The notes under the pieces were generated by a model. That model saw only the letters and a program-made list of their open reading frames with translations, was not told where the DNA came from and did no database searches. Shown piece by piece: positions 41,701 to 50,745 of a DNA stretch of 64,000 nucleotides. The translations under genes and the position numbers were made by a program. Source of the stretch: an uncultured candidate division Zixibacteria bacterium (GTDB lineage Bacteria > Zixibacteria > MSB-5A5 > UBA10806 > 4484-95); NCBI GenBank assembly GCA_963668625.2, contig CAXXKA010000010.1:1-64000 (forward strand), written 5' to 3'. Numbering within the stretch: position 1 is the stretch's first letter; every line of letters starts with the position of its first letter.

Positions 41701-42014
41701 CCGAGGACGAGAAAGTCAAGGACCTGATCGTTGATAGCTATTCTGTCGGCGTCAGGACTGTCGCTAATTTCAAGAATATCGGGCGGCTGGAGGTGGATGG
41801 CGTTTACACACGGGTCGAGGTCGATACCGATAATGCGTTCGTGCCGTATGTCGTAGCCGGCGGTAAAAAGCCCGGTGATAATTTCAACCTGTTGGTCTCG
41901 ACCAGGTTCAAACTCAACTCCTACAGTCGGATTGAGATTCGTTATACTTACAAAGAGCTGGGGGATGGCTACGACAACAGTACTTTGAAGATAGAGGCTA
42001 GGGCGGAATTTTGA
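38706..42014 (+). CDS. Large outer-membrane beta-barrel protein, SprA-related segments, function unknown
   Basis: Signal peptide; RGRDYRIDY and EEVYLDG.KL.RG..NDYTIDY; LDLNISGQL; C-terminal barrel signal EARAEF. Confidence 0.55.
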   Translation: MRLKLAVFLTFFFIANCPAMDNMTLTIPLSGGTGPYFLEHSPIIVETDVVSSGDTILIRGRDYRIDYNNGYIILSDSLPDYDTLVVTFQPSPITVRRSFTRYRPIAYESRDTLISQLELKPRSYGSNLDIFGSKGFAVNIGDIGEPSLTQSLDLNISGQLARDVYIRGSVSDRNFGSSSSGGTRSLDELDKILLSVESKNFRGDFGDLELSGVNGSLLDYQRKLTGLDITANTGGFTGKSSLAFSPGEQVEIFFYGSDGKQGPYILDTETTMSSSLGEVFLPGTEEVYLDGVKLTRGVENDYTIDYYERYVQFMPGNIITSDSRITVKIQLAPEGYRRSFYHINSFYDSGFKIGAQYVGEHDDKANPRNFELGQAERSALAAAGSVQDSAYVSGAKFVGAGEGEYLLVTDSSGNQYYDFVGDNAGDYTVSFSRVGAGEGEYEYAGAGEYLFVGEGGGAYSPVLYYPLPESRDFGSIIIGKPGDIYLNGELAISKYDKNTLSDVDMIQTGIGFSGNLGWKKDSLTFWGKSFYAQLLDMKLRLLDSEFTSPGILNRTEFFREYNIPQAKSYSSERLVEVKSGYKTVSNETIDFGGGYFQNDQYRARRGYGLFNLLVFPRLMIIGSSELSHSEDRYTGTKSDWNKYETGVKVIDSRFKPSAFYRHELNDGLLLSGYGYESDEYEGGVELVPGGGFTTSSKFVYRDQQYAESENQWRKQYDRYSLEQGINYGSSGAKFTGQLNYSRVYQKQSYPDIEKLVRNMGSLKLNYNTPDIGFTFYENINGTGQINRAREYVYVGDGKGDYRRDGEDYVPEQGGDYIEVIRQLGETNQIGGYEISGGLRARLNTKVLTSDKILSRITLDGDFSHRLNLSSDTQLDFEHLVPFSGYDESEMSYKTFSYKQRSTLRLNKAGDYLRHTFSSSRSDGSDYLYENLSDRENSNGAEIKLFSRSIVGVLGAGQYATEKRWLYSGNVDIEKIEARLVPEIRPSRAIRIELPLGYSTEDEKVKDLIVDSYSVGVRTVANFKNIGRLEVDGVYTRVEVDTDNAFVPYVVAGGKKPGDNFNLLVSTRFKLNSYSRIEIRYTYKELGDGYDNSTLKIEARAEF

Positions 42015-43708
42015 GATCTTTGCTTGTCGTGTTCATACTTTATATCTGGTCGTCTCTGGGGATTGCCTCCGGCAGTACCATAAGCGAAGTGGAATTCATA
42101 GGCGAAAAGCCGGCTTATAAGCTAAACCTCTACTCTCGCGCCAATCGCGAATTCTATGCCGATAGTCTCGGTGCGGATTCACTTAAAATCGTTGGAATAT
42201 ACCGTGAACGAGGCTGGTACGATTGCCGGCTTACGATTAATACTATAAAAAGAACCGATGGTATGGCGATTAGTTTTACTATCCGAAAAGGTGATTTGTA
42301 CCATATCCATATTGATAAAAGCGGCTTATCGGAAAACGACAGCCTGGTAAATTCGATAATCGATGTCATCGATAGTTACGAAAATAAACCAGGTGTAAGC
42401 GCGAACTTGAATAGCCTGGCCGATGAGTTGATATCATATTATGCCGAAAACGGTTACCCATACTGCGAAATCAGGTTTAACGATTTTCGATTGGCTAAAC
42501 CCGATAGCCTGATCGTTTCACTGGATATTCAACCCGGGCCTGCCGTAACCGTGGAAAGGTTCGTTTTCGAGGGTATCAAGAATATCAAGCCCGAATTTTT
42601 GCAAAGGTATCTCGGCCTGGAATCACCCTCGGTATATTCCAAATCGATCAATGAAGTAGCATTAAACCGTTTGTTGAAAGCTGATTTTATAGAGGAGGCC
42701 GATAACTATCGGTTACGCTATTTAAGCCGTCCCGAAAGAGGCATAGTGGTATTTCCGATCAGGGAGACGCCCTCGCTTATTCTGGATGGCGCAGCGGGCT
42801 ATTCCTCGGATGATGGCGAGTTTTATGGCAAATTCAACGCTACGATATCGAACATACTCGGCAAAGGTCGTCAGGCTGAAATAAACTGGGCCAAGAAAGA
42901 CAAGCATTCGAGATGGCTGCAGTTTACATTCGGTGAACCGTATCCTATAGGTATCCCGTTTAAAATGAAAATAAAAGCCTACCAGGATGATCGAGATAGC
43001 GTTTTTATCGAAAATGGGGCCTCCATCGGGCTGCATTATCTCGGCTCCGATATATTTTCCTATGGTGTTACGATTGGCATATCGCGGTTAGACCCCGAAT
43101 CGTACGGTCGGGCTTTTCTGGCATACAAGGATAAGTTGCGCCTTTCGGTAAGCTTTACCGCTGATAGTCGGGACTATCCACAAAACCCTCATGGTGGAGA
43201 ATATCTATACCTGAGCGCCGATTTCGTTACGGAGACCACCCGTTCCGACAGCCTGTTTGCCGCCTCGAATACTGATTATAGAACCGCCGAGCTGATTACC
43301 GAGAAATATCTGCCGTTTGCCGGGTCCTCGGTAATGTATCTGAGCTTACATGCGCAGGGGGATTTTTCGGATAACGTACCCGTAGACAGGCAATACCCAC
43401 TGGGTGGCTTCGGCTCTCTTCGCGGTTACATGCAAGATCAATTTTATGTATCGCAATTGGCGGTAGGCACGGCCGAATATCGGTTGTTGACATCCAGGCG
43501 AGGCCGTGCTTATATTTTCGGAGACGGAGCGATTTACCGAATTCCAAAGCTTAACGAGGACGGTTCCGATACCGAGTATAAAGCCGGTGTCGGAATGGGA
43601 CTGGCAGCCTCGGTGAAACTTGGTGTTGCCACGGTCGAGATCGCCATACCCGCCGAGGAGGGATTCGGAGATACTAAAATTCATTTCGGGTTAAAAGCCG
43701 GTTTTTAA
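42011..43708 (+). CDS. Omp85 (BamA/TamA) family protein with POTRA domains
   Basis: Y..RGW and Y..NGYP POTRA motifs, NILGKG, LGG..SLRGY lid motif, terminal GLKAGF. Confidence 0.85.
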   Translation: MRSLLVVFILYIWSSLGIASGSTISEVEFIGEKPAYKLNLYSRANREFYADSLGADSLKIVGIYRERGWYDCRLTINTIKRTDGMAISFTIRKGDLYHIHIDKSGLSENDSLVNSIIDVIDSYENKPGVSANLNSLADELISYYAENGYPYCEIRFNDFRLAKPDSLIVSLDIQPGPAVTVERFVFEGIKNIKPEFLQRYLGLESPSVYSKSINEVALNRLLKADFIEEADNYRLRYLSRPERGIVVFPIRETPSLILDGAAGYSSDDGEFYGKFNATISNILGKGRQAEINWAKKDKHSRWLQFTFGEPYPIGIPFKMKIKAYQDDRDSVFIENGASIGLHYLGSDIFSYGVTIGISRLDPESYGRAFLAYKDKLRLSVSFTADSRDYPQNPHGGEYLYLSADFVTETTRSDSLFAASNTDYRTAELITEKYLPFAGSSVMYLSLHAQGDFSDNVPVDRQYPLGGFGSLRGYMQDQFYVSQLAVGTAEYRLLTSRRGRAYIFGDGAIYRIPKLNEDGSDTEYKAGVGMGLAASVKLGVATVEIAIPAEEGFGDTKIHFGLKAGF

Positions 43709-43746
43709 CATTAGTAAATAAAAACTTAAATAGGGATGTTAAGTAA

Positions 43747-44583
43747 ATGCTTCGCGCGCTCTTTTTCATAATACGACCATTGAACGTGCTGATTACTATG
43801 GCGGCTGTTTATGTCGGTGGAGTTATATCATTCGATCTGTATTATGATCCGTACCTATTACTGGCGATTCTCTCATCAGGTGCGATTGCAGCTTTCGGTA
43901 ATGTCGTTAATGATGTTTTCGATATCGAGGTGGATCGTCAGAACAAGCCGCATCGTATGTTACCCTCGGGGATGCTGAAACAGCATGAGGCGATTGCCTG
44001 GGCGATGATACTGGCGGCATGTGGTATCATAATATCCGGGCTCATTAGCAATCTCTGTTTGATTCTTTCATCCTCGGCGGCCATCCTTTTATTGGTTTAC
44101 ACGCCGGCATTGAAAGGTAAAAACTACTGGGGAAATTTCATTGTAGCTTTCGTAGCTTCGCTGGCCTTTTTATATGGCGCGGCATCCGTGAATAACGAGT
44201 TGGGCGGCATCATACCGGCGGTATATGCTTTGCTTTTTCATTTTGCCAGGGAGATTATCAAAGATATAGAGGATGTCGAGGATGACCGGTCTATGGGGAT
44301 CAACACGGGAGCGGTAAGGCATGGCGAGAAAACCTCGCGGATTTTCGCAATTGTCGTTATCGTTATATTATTTTTCGCGACATTCATCCCATATATGCTG
44401 GATATATATAATATCGGATACTTGATAGCGGTCGTGCTGGGCACGGATATATTTCTGCTGTATTTCATTATCAGGCTTTCGGGAGCGCCTTCGCATTGTA
44501 CCTGTGGATTCATATCCGGAATGATGAAAGCGATAATGCCGCTTGGACTATTGGCCATTCTACTGGGCAGCCGGGGATTGTAA
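43747..44583 (+). CDS. UbiA prenyltransferase, DGGGP-synthase-like
   Basis: IIRP.N, GN.VND.FD.E.D..NKP.R.LPSG, AREIIKDIED.E.D. Confidence 0.8.
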   Translation: MLRALFFIIRPLNVLITMAAVYVGGVISFDLYYDPYLLLAILSSGAIAAFGNVVNDVFDIEVDRQNKPHRMLPSGMLKQHEAIAWAMILAACGIIISGLISNLCLILSSSAAILLLVYTPALKGKNYWGNFIVAFVASLAFLYGAASVNNELGGIIPAVYALLFHFAREIIKDIEDVEDDRSMGINTGAVRHGEKTSRIFAIVVIVILFFATFIPYMLDIYNIGYLIAVVLGTDIFLLYFIIRLSGAPSHCTCGFISGMMKAIMPLGLLAILLGSRGL

Positions 44584-44821
44584 ATATTCTGATTTTAAAA
44601 GCGTGAGGGTACAACATGTTGTGTCCCTGCGGCTGTACTCTGAATAGATATTTGAATAATAATTCTGCCTTTTCAACAATCCCAGCGCATCGTATCGAGA
44701 TGGAAAGGCCTGCTACCGGTGTTTTCAACTATAAAACTTCCGGTGTATGATCTTACTATTGCATTTTGCTCGAATCTGAAAAATAAAACGAGGAGAAAAC
44801 GATCACTCCTCGTACAAAATA

Positions 44822-45406
44822 TTATTCACATGATGTATCACTCAAGTCCTCATCCCAGCAATGCCATTGATCGTCCTCGAAATGAGTCGAGTCGAGAACT
44901 CTTCCGGCCTGAGAGGTAATATTCCAATCGATATCTATGTAATGTTCATCGCCTGCCATGAAAACATCGTAGTAAGCGTCATATACAGTATCGATGGTGG
45001 TTCCATAGGTGATTAAACCGCCGTACTCACTTCCGCCGGGTTCGATATTGGTGTACTTGATATCACCGGTTTCGGTTGTCGGGTTGCGATGCCAGGTTAT
45101 ACCGATATACTCGACCGTGTCTGTCGGGCTTTTGTATAATGTCCAGGTTCCCTCGGTCATCAAAAGATCGTGCTCGCCCTCGTACCATAGGAAATCGGTA
45201 AACGCATTCTCACCCGATTTCGAGAGGTACATCTGCCAGTTAATCCCCTCGACATCCGTGCCTGCGAACAGCTCAGCGGTGTAATTATTCGTACCAACCC
45301 CTACGGTGCATGTCCACAACCACGAGCCGTCCTCCTGCCGTACCGGAGTATGATTAAAAGCCCCGGCGTAAGCAGCCAGCGGTACTACGGCGTGAACGGT
45401 TATCAC
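44822..45406 (-). pseudogene. 5'-truncated exported/lipoprotein-like gene
   Basis: Protein-like 194-aa frame (WQMYLS..FLWYEG..GTWTLY..HCWD) with no signal peptide or RBS; abuts another gene remnant at ~45406. Confidence 0.6.
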
Positions 45407-45593
45407 CGCTGCTTCTCCGCCACTGCCTCAAATCAGGCGGCAAGCTCTCGGTTTCAATATCGATCCCGATTTTAGCGATGTTCTGGATGGCTTGATACTG
45501 TTTGATTTGACCGCAACCGACAGGAAACTCCTCGATCGGTATCTCGGCAAAGATGAGACCTCGACCTTTTTGAATTGCCATAAAAAAATCTAG
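45406..45593 (+). pseudogene. Frameshifted C-terminal remnant of a GNAT/'hemolysin'-type N-acyltransferase
   Basis: PLLLRHCLKSGGKL, frameshift near 45447, then GFNIDPDFSDVLDGLILFDL...LLDRYLG*; matches the family C-terminal pattern from memory. Confidence 0.65.
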
Positions 45594-45621
45594 GACAGGT
45601 TGGGAATCCTGTCCTAGATTT
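45582..45621 (-). terminator. Intrinsic terminator of the S8 protease gene
   Basis: 14-bp stem aaatctaggacagg/cctgtcctagattt with a T run on the minus strand. Confidence 0.75.
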
Positions 45622-45681
45622 GAGAGCATGAGTTGGGTTCTTGTTCTCAGTGATACAGAGAAAATTTTACCAAGTTACGGG

Positions 45682-48600
45682 TTATTTTATTAACAGACAC
45701 CTTTTTGTTTCCGTGAAATTATTCGTAGTCATCTTATAAAAATAAATTCCGGATGATTGCTCGGCGGCGTTCCAATTTACGAAATGCGAGCCGGCCGGCA
45801 GGTAACCGGATTGTAGTGTCTCCACTTTTCTACCCAGTATATCGAACAATTCTATAGTTACTTCGCCCGGCTCGGGTAGAGTGAACGAGAACGTGGTCGT
45901 GGCATTGAATGGATTGGGATAGTTTTGCGCCAATGAGTAAGCGTGAGGCAAAACATTAGCGTCATCTATTCCTGTAGGAGGCTCGGAGATATAACATCCC
46001 CGACGTTGATTGTCGTATGCGCCACAAGGCCAATCGTTTTCATACAGACTCGATTGTGATTTGTAGTCGACAACCATAAGGTTGGCCGCCTCGGAGGAGT
46101 ACGTAGCGAAGACGATTTCGAGATCGCCGTCACCGTCCAGATCACTAATAGCCGGAGCTCCCCTGACCTCGCCGAGGTTTTCACCGCCTATGGGGAAATT
46201 GGATACCAGCGAGCCGGTATAATCATATGCATAGATCAAACCGCTCGTACATCCAACTATGATATCTTTGGTTCCGTTGCCATCAATATCAGCTACGACA
46301 GGGCTGGATTTTATATTCTCACCGCATTCAATCGGGAAATTATTGATTTCTTCACCGTTCAATCCAATAGCGTGAATGTGCCTGGCGTTATCGACCACTA
46401 TTATTTCCGGTAAGAAGTCGTGGTTTATATCGGCAACAATGGGATAAATGATCACAGTCTGATTCAGATCAACCGGGAAATTGGGAAATACCGAGCCGTC
46501 TGAAGCTACAGCGTATATTTCTCCCTGCGAGGTGACTGCCGCGATATCGTACACCATATCTCCATCCAAATCTCCGGAGGTAGCCGAGGCGTAAATAGGG
46601 TTACCCAGATCGACAGGGAAACCTGTCGGGTAGTTGCCATTAGAATTCCAGGCGTGTAAGTGGGAGTCAAGGCCGGCAAAAATTAGCTCCCTGATACCAT
46701 CGAAATCGATTTCGGCTGCGATGCCGCTACTGAACCATCCCGAACCGCCTGAGATTGGCGACCAATCGAATTGTGTGCCGTCATGCCGGATGACGTAAAT
46801 TTCACGATTCGACATACTGGCGACTACGATTTCCAGATTACTATTACCATCGATATCCATAAGCATTGCGCCACCGAATATCGTTCCATCTATATCTATC
46901 GGGAAACCGCTCATGGCTGTGCCATCAGCTTCCCAGGCGTACACATAGCCATCTTTGGAACCAACCGCGATCTCGTATGCGCCGTCGTTATCGATATCAC
47001 CGATAGCAGCGCCACCGGGGATATTCCCGGATACGCTCTGAGGCCAGCCGGCACAATTCGAACCATCAGCCTCCAACGCGTAGAGGTAACCGTCATTGGC
47101 TCCGACTATGATTTCATTATCGCCGTCACTATCGAAATCGAACACCAGTGGGCTCGATTCGATATTGCCGCCCAGGTCAATCGGGAATCCTGTTTGATCG
47201 AGAAATACATCGACCGTCACGGTCATCGTTTCGATGAATATATCTGAGGCGTACATATCTATATCGATATTCCAACTACCGGGTCTTAAATCTTCGCCTA
47301 CGGTGAAATTAAACGGATCGGAGCTGTTATTCCTGACCTGGTTGCTCGGAATATCTCCGAATTCAGTGGTCGAATCATTGGCAGTGAAATACTCATTACT
47401 ACGAGCGATTGCCGTAACATCAATGGCATCGGCCCATATATTTTGAATGGTAATCGAAAGATCGAAAGATTCCCCGGGATTGAGTATGTTATCACCATCA
47501 TCCTCGGTGATAGTTATTACCGAGGAACGCATGTTGAAATTCGGCAAGCTATTAGAGGCCAGGGCCGTATAGGCGTTTATTCTGCCGTACCCCAGAAGGC
47601 CATTATAATCCGGATTCAGGTTATCGATAGGATCGGCTGTCGTATAAATCCTGTCGATTATTTCCGATCTTTCGAGATCCGGCTCGGAGGATTTAATCAA
47701 ACCCACTAAACCGACTACGAATGGCGCGGCCATCGAGGTACCCTGGAGCACCGAGTAAGCGTCATCGAAGTAAGTCGAATTGATGCTGATTCCGGGAGCA
47801 CATACATCAACCCAGACGCCATAATTAGAGAAACTGGTTTTCAGGTCGCTCTGGTCGGTAGCTGCTACAGAGATGACATCAGTCCTCGTTCCCAGGTAAG
47901 GCGCGGAACTGGTACCATCATTACCGGCAGCCGTGATTACGACAACACCTTGTTCTACGGCATAGTCTACGGCATCGCGAAGGTAATTCGCGTAGGATGA
48001 CCCCCACGAGCAATTAATGGCCGCTGCTCCCTTATCCGCGGCATACACGAAAGCCTGCGCGGCAAAATCCATCCTGACATAAGTATTACCATCGGAATGA
48101 CGCCAACCGATTCTGAGGCACATTACCTTGCAGTCGAAACCAAGCCCGGCCACGCCGACGCCATTGTCGGTACAAGCTGCGGCAATACCGGAACAGTGGG
48201 TACCGTGCCCGTCGAAATCCATCGGATCGTTATCAGGAGTGCTATAGTCCTCACCCGGATAGCCCGGGACACCTGTTACCCAGTCCCAGCCGATATGATC
48301 ATCAACCAGACCGTTATCATCGTTGTCTGAACCGTCAATTGGATCATCAGCATTATGCCATATATCATCCGCCAGATCGGGGTGGTCCCAGTCAACGCCA
48401 CTATCGGCGATTGCCAGAATTACCTCCGAGCTACCCTGATTGACATTCCAGGCGTTCTCGGCCTCGACTTTAGTCAAACCCCACTGCGAACCCAGTGAGG
48501 GATCATTTGGCGTGTAATAAACCGGCTGTAATGGTACTGGTTCAACTGAATCAATCTCCCGGAGAAGCTGATAGTCGTTAATCGCGCTTTCTAGATTTAC

Positions 48601-48912
48601 CGGTTGGTTGAACGTAACCGAAAAATAATTCGAAAGCTCCGGCATGCTGCTTTTCTCGGATTTCGGGAAAAGCTGTGCTACCATGGTAACACCTTTCTGA
48701 GCATTGAGTTGATCGAATGCCGTTATCCCTGTAACGAGTGAATTTTGCTCGTATGCGATAGCCGCCGGTTTATTATCCGATGAGAATTGGACAATAAGAC
48801 AGTTATCTGCCAGGGTTTCGGTATCGTATTGAACACCGTTGACAGTTAAAGGCGCAGCCATCGCCCATGAGCATAGTACGATAGCCAGAATGGCCGTGTA
48901 GCTAAATTTCAT
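45682..48912 (-). CDS. S8 subtilase with FG-GAP repeats and T9SS CTD
   Basis: Catalytic triad motifs AIADSG, GHGTHCSG, GTSMAAP; D.D.DG repeats; QNYPNPFN...SSGIYFY. Confidence 0.92.
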   Translation of the reverse strand: MKFSYTAILAIVLCSWAMAAPLTVNGVQYDTETLADNCLIVQFSSDNKPAAIAYEQNSLVTGITAFDQLNAQKGVTMVAQLFPKSEKSSMPELSNYFSVTFNQPVNLESAINDYQLLREIDSVEPVPLQPVYYTPNDPSLGSQWGLTKVEAENAWNVNQGSSEVILAIADSGVDWDHPDLADDIWHNADDPIDGSDNDDNGLVDDHIGWDWVTGVPGYPGEDYSTPDNDPMDFDGHGTHCSGIAAACTDNGVGVAGLGFDCKVMCLRIGWRHSDGNTYVRMDFAAQAFVYAADKGAAAINCSWGSSYANYLRDAVDYAVEQGVVVITAAGNDGTSSAPYLGTRTDVISVAATDQSDLKTSFSNYGVWVDVCAPGISINSTYFDDAYSVLQGTSMAAPFVVGLVGLIKSSEPDLERSEIIDRIYTTADPIDNLNPDYNGLLGYGRINAYTALASNSLPNFNMRSSVITITEDDGDNILNPGESFDLSITIQNIWADAIDVTAIARSNEYFTANDSTTEFGDIPSNQVRNNSSDPFNFTVGEDLRPGSWNIDIDMYASDIFIETMTVTVDVFLDQTGFPIDLGGNIESSPLVFDFDSDGDNEIIVGANDGYLYALEADGSNCAGWPQSVSGNIPGGAAIGDIDNDGAYEIAVGSKDGYVYAWEADGTAMSGFPIDIDGTIFGGAMLMDIDGNSNLEIVVASMSNREIYVIRHDGTQFDWSPISGGSGWFSSGIAAEIDFDGIRELIFAGLDSHLHAWNSNGNYPTGFPVDLGNPIYASATSGDLDGDMVYDIAAVTSQGEIYAVASDGSVFPNFPVDLNQTVIIYPIVADINHDFLPEIIVVDNARHIHAIGLNGEEINNFPIECGENIKSSPVVADIDGNGTKDIIVGCTSGLIYAYDYTGSLVSNFPIGGENLGEVRGAPAISDLDGDGDLEIVFATYSSEAANLMVVDYKSQSSLYENDWPCGAYDNQRRGCYISEPPTGIDDANVLPHAYSLAQNYPNPFNATTTFSFTLPEPGEVTIELFDILGRKVETLQSGYLPAGSHFVNWNAAEQSSGIYFYKMTTNNFTETKRCLLIK

Positions 48913-48914
48913 TA

Positions 48915-49253
48915 CTACTCCTTATTCTCGTATAATCTGAAAATGTGCGTATAATCATCGTAATCAAGTATTGCCTTAATGATAGTACTATGTTCAGGTC
49001 TGTGCCTTACACCGAAAGATTTTTTATTCTCGTGAGATCTACGGTTTTCTTGCCCTACCTGATTGGTTTTTTCATTGTTGTGCCTTGCCGTAATAATATA
49101 GCTGAAGATGTTGGAATCTCCTCTGGCATTCACGAAATTTCTGCTGGAATTTTTACTGAAATCCCTATCAGCGGCCTGTATTTGATCGATCGCCAGAAAT
49201 GACATGATAATAAAGGCCATCACCAATATCAACATTACTTTTCTAAAGTTCAT
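48915..49253 (-). CDS. Small secreted hypothetical protein, likely co-transcribed with the subtilase
   Basis: RBS AAGGAGGAG, signal peptide, 2-nt gap to the protease start. Confidence 0.65.
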   Translation of the reverse strand: MNFRKVMLILVMAFIIMSFLAIDQIQAADRDFSKNSSRNFVNARGDSNIFSYIITARHNNEKTNQVGQENRRSHENKKSFGVRHRPEHSTIIKAILDYDDYTHIFRLYENKE

Positions 49254-49780
49254 GTTTCTCCTCCTTAATCGGATATCATGTTTAATTAAGCGTAAAAATT
49301 AACAATTTTAGTGAAATATTTACAATTGACATGAAAAACTATTAGAGTTTCGCTTAAGGCCGACCGCATAAAACAAGTTTTTATAGCACATAATCACCCT
49401 AATGGTCTAGTATATGGCTTGTTTTATATGACAATAATTTGCAATACGGTGAATAGATTTGTAAGTCTATTTATGTTGTTACATAAACGATTATGCTTGC
49501 TATTTCATGGACTCTGGGCTATATTGTATTAGATGTAAGTGTTAGTTCTTTTACGTCAGGGTTAGTGCTTGAAATGTGCGTAATCCGGTTTTGAAGTTGA
49601 TGTTGTATTCTTGTTGTATTGTTATTCTTAATCAAACTCCATTTAGTTTTTTTCATTTCAGGCGTCACTGTAAGCAGGGACTGATATTTTTTATGAATTT
49701 TGCGCAAAAAGTTGTTAATTTTTCAGCTAGGGTGAGGCCTTAAATAAATTAGCACTCCCTTGCTGATTTCTGGAGCGTGA

Positions 49781-50446
49781 ATGATGAATACCCCAGACAA
49801 TCTTAGCGATCGCGAGCGGGCAATGCGTAAAGAGCTGGCTCAACGTACGGTTAATGTCAGCAGTAGCGATATTTCCGAGCGTGAGGCGGCCGCGGATTCC
49901 CCGGAGCTTATCGAGATTGGGCGGCAAATAACCCGCTTGATCGAGGAAGAGCTTCTGGAGGATGCCTCTGATATGTTATATAAAAGCCTCAAAAAACACC
50001 CCGAAGAGTTAATGCTGCTCAATTTTCAGATGATATTAGAAAGCCTGAAAAAGAAATTCGGTGATTATACCGAGGCTAAACAAGCAGGTTTGAAGCTGAT
50101 CGAGATGGCGGCTATCAAGAAGAATCCCTACTATACCATGGTCGCCGTAAACAATCTCGGGATAATAGCCCACAAGGAGGGCCATGAGGATTACAGCCTG
50201 GCGATGTATTTAGCTGCGCATTATATCGATGACACCGCGCTATTTACATTGTGTAATCTAGCAGGATGGTATTCGCGAAAAAACGATCTCGAAAAAGCGA
50301 TGTACTGGATCAAGCGGATCATTCGGACTAAAGAAAGCTGGAACAAGGATGAGGAGATAGTGAGTTTTTTAAAGAAAGACGAATCTTTACACAACCTCAG
50401 GACTTTTGACATATTTATAAATGAGATTCTCTCAAAGATCGAATAA
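49781..50446 (+). CDS. Cytoplasmic TPR-repeat protein
   Basis: NNLGII, A...YLAA, CNLAGWYS....EKA..WIKR and end-capping KKDESLHNLR motifs; no TM segment. Confidence 0.75.
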   Translation: MMNTPDNLSDRERAMRKELAQRTVNVSSSDISEREAAADSPELIEIGRQITRLIEEELLEDASDMLYKSLKKHPEELMLLNFQMILESLKKKFGDYTEAKQAGLKLIEMAAIKKNPYYTMVAVNNLGIIAHKEGHEDYSLAMYLAAHYIDDTALFTLCNLAGWYSRKNDLEKAMYWIKRIIRTKESWNKDEEIVSFLKKDESLHNLRTFDIFINEILSKIE

Positions 50447-50480
50447 TAATTAATTTAAATAAAGAAGGAGGTATGTCCTC

Positions 50481-50711
50481 ATGCGTAATTATCAAATGGC
50501 GCTTTTCGGATTTTTCTTTGGATTTTTTCTCATGTTCGGATTTAATCCGAGTTTTAATTTCGATCCCGGTTACGGTGATGATGTCTGCAGGAATGCTACG
50601 ATTGGCAGTATGCATCCTGTCGGCGAGAAATTCGGCGGCGGTGTAAAAATCGCTGATTTTAATGGTGGTAATGAAGTAGACATTGAACCAACAGGTCCTG
50701 GCGGTAATTAG
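50481..50711 (+). CDS. 76-aa exported or membrane-anchored peptide
   Basis: Strong RBS AAGGAGGT 8 nt upstream; Phe-rich hydrophobic N-terminus; Gly/Asp/Asn-rich tail. Confidence 0.65.
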   Translation: MRNYQMALFGFFFGFFLMFGFNPSFNFDPGYGDDVCRNATIGSMHPVGEKFGGGVKIADFNGGNEVDIEPTGPGGN

Positions 50712-50745
50712 GCCTAAACTTTTTAACGCCATACCTGGAGGAGTG

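Noticed and set aside
50473-50646. Alternative-frame ORF starting at ATG 50473
   Set aside because: The ATG directly abuts the SD; ATG 50481 has proper spacing and gives a signal-like N-terminus.
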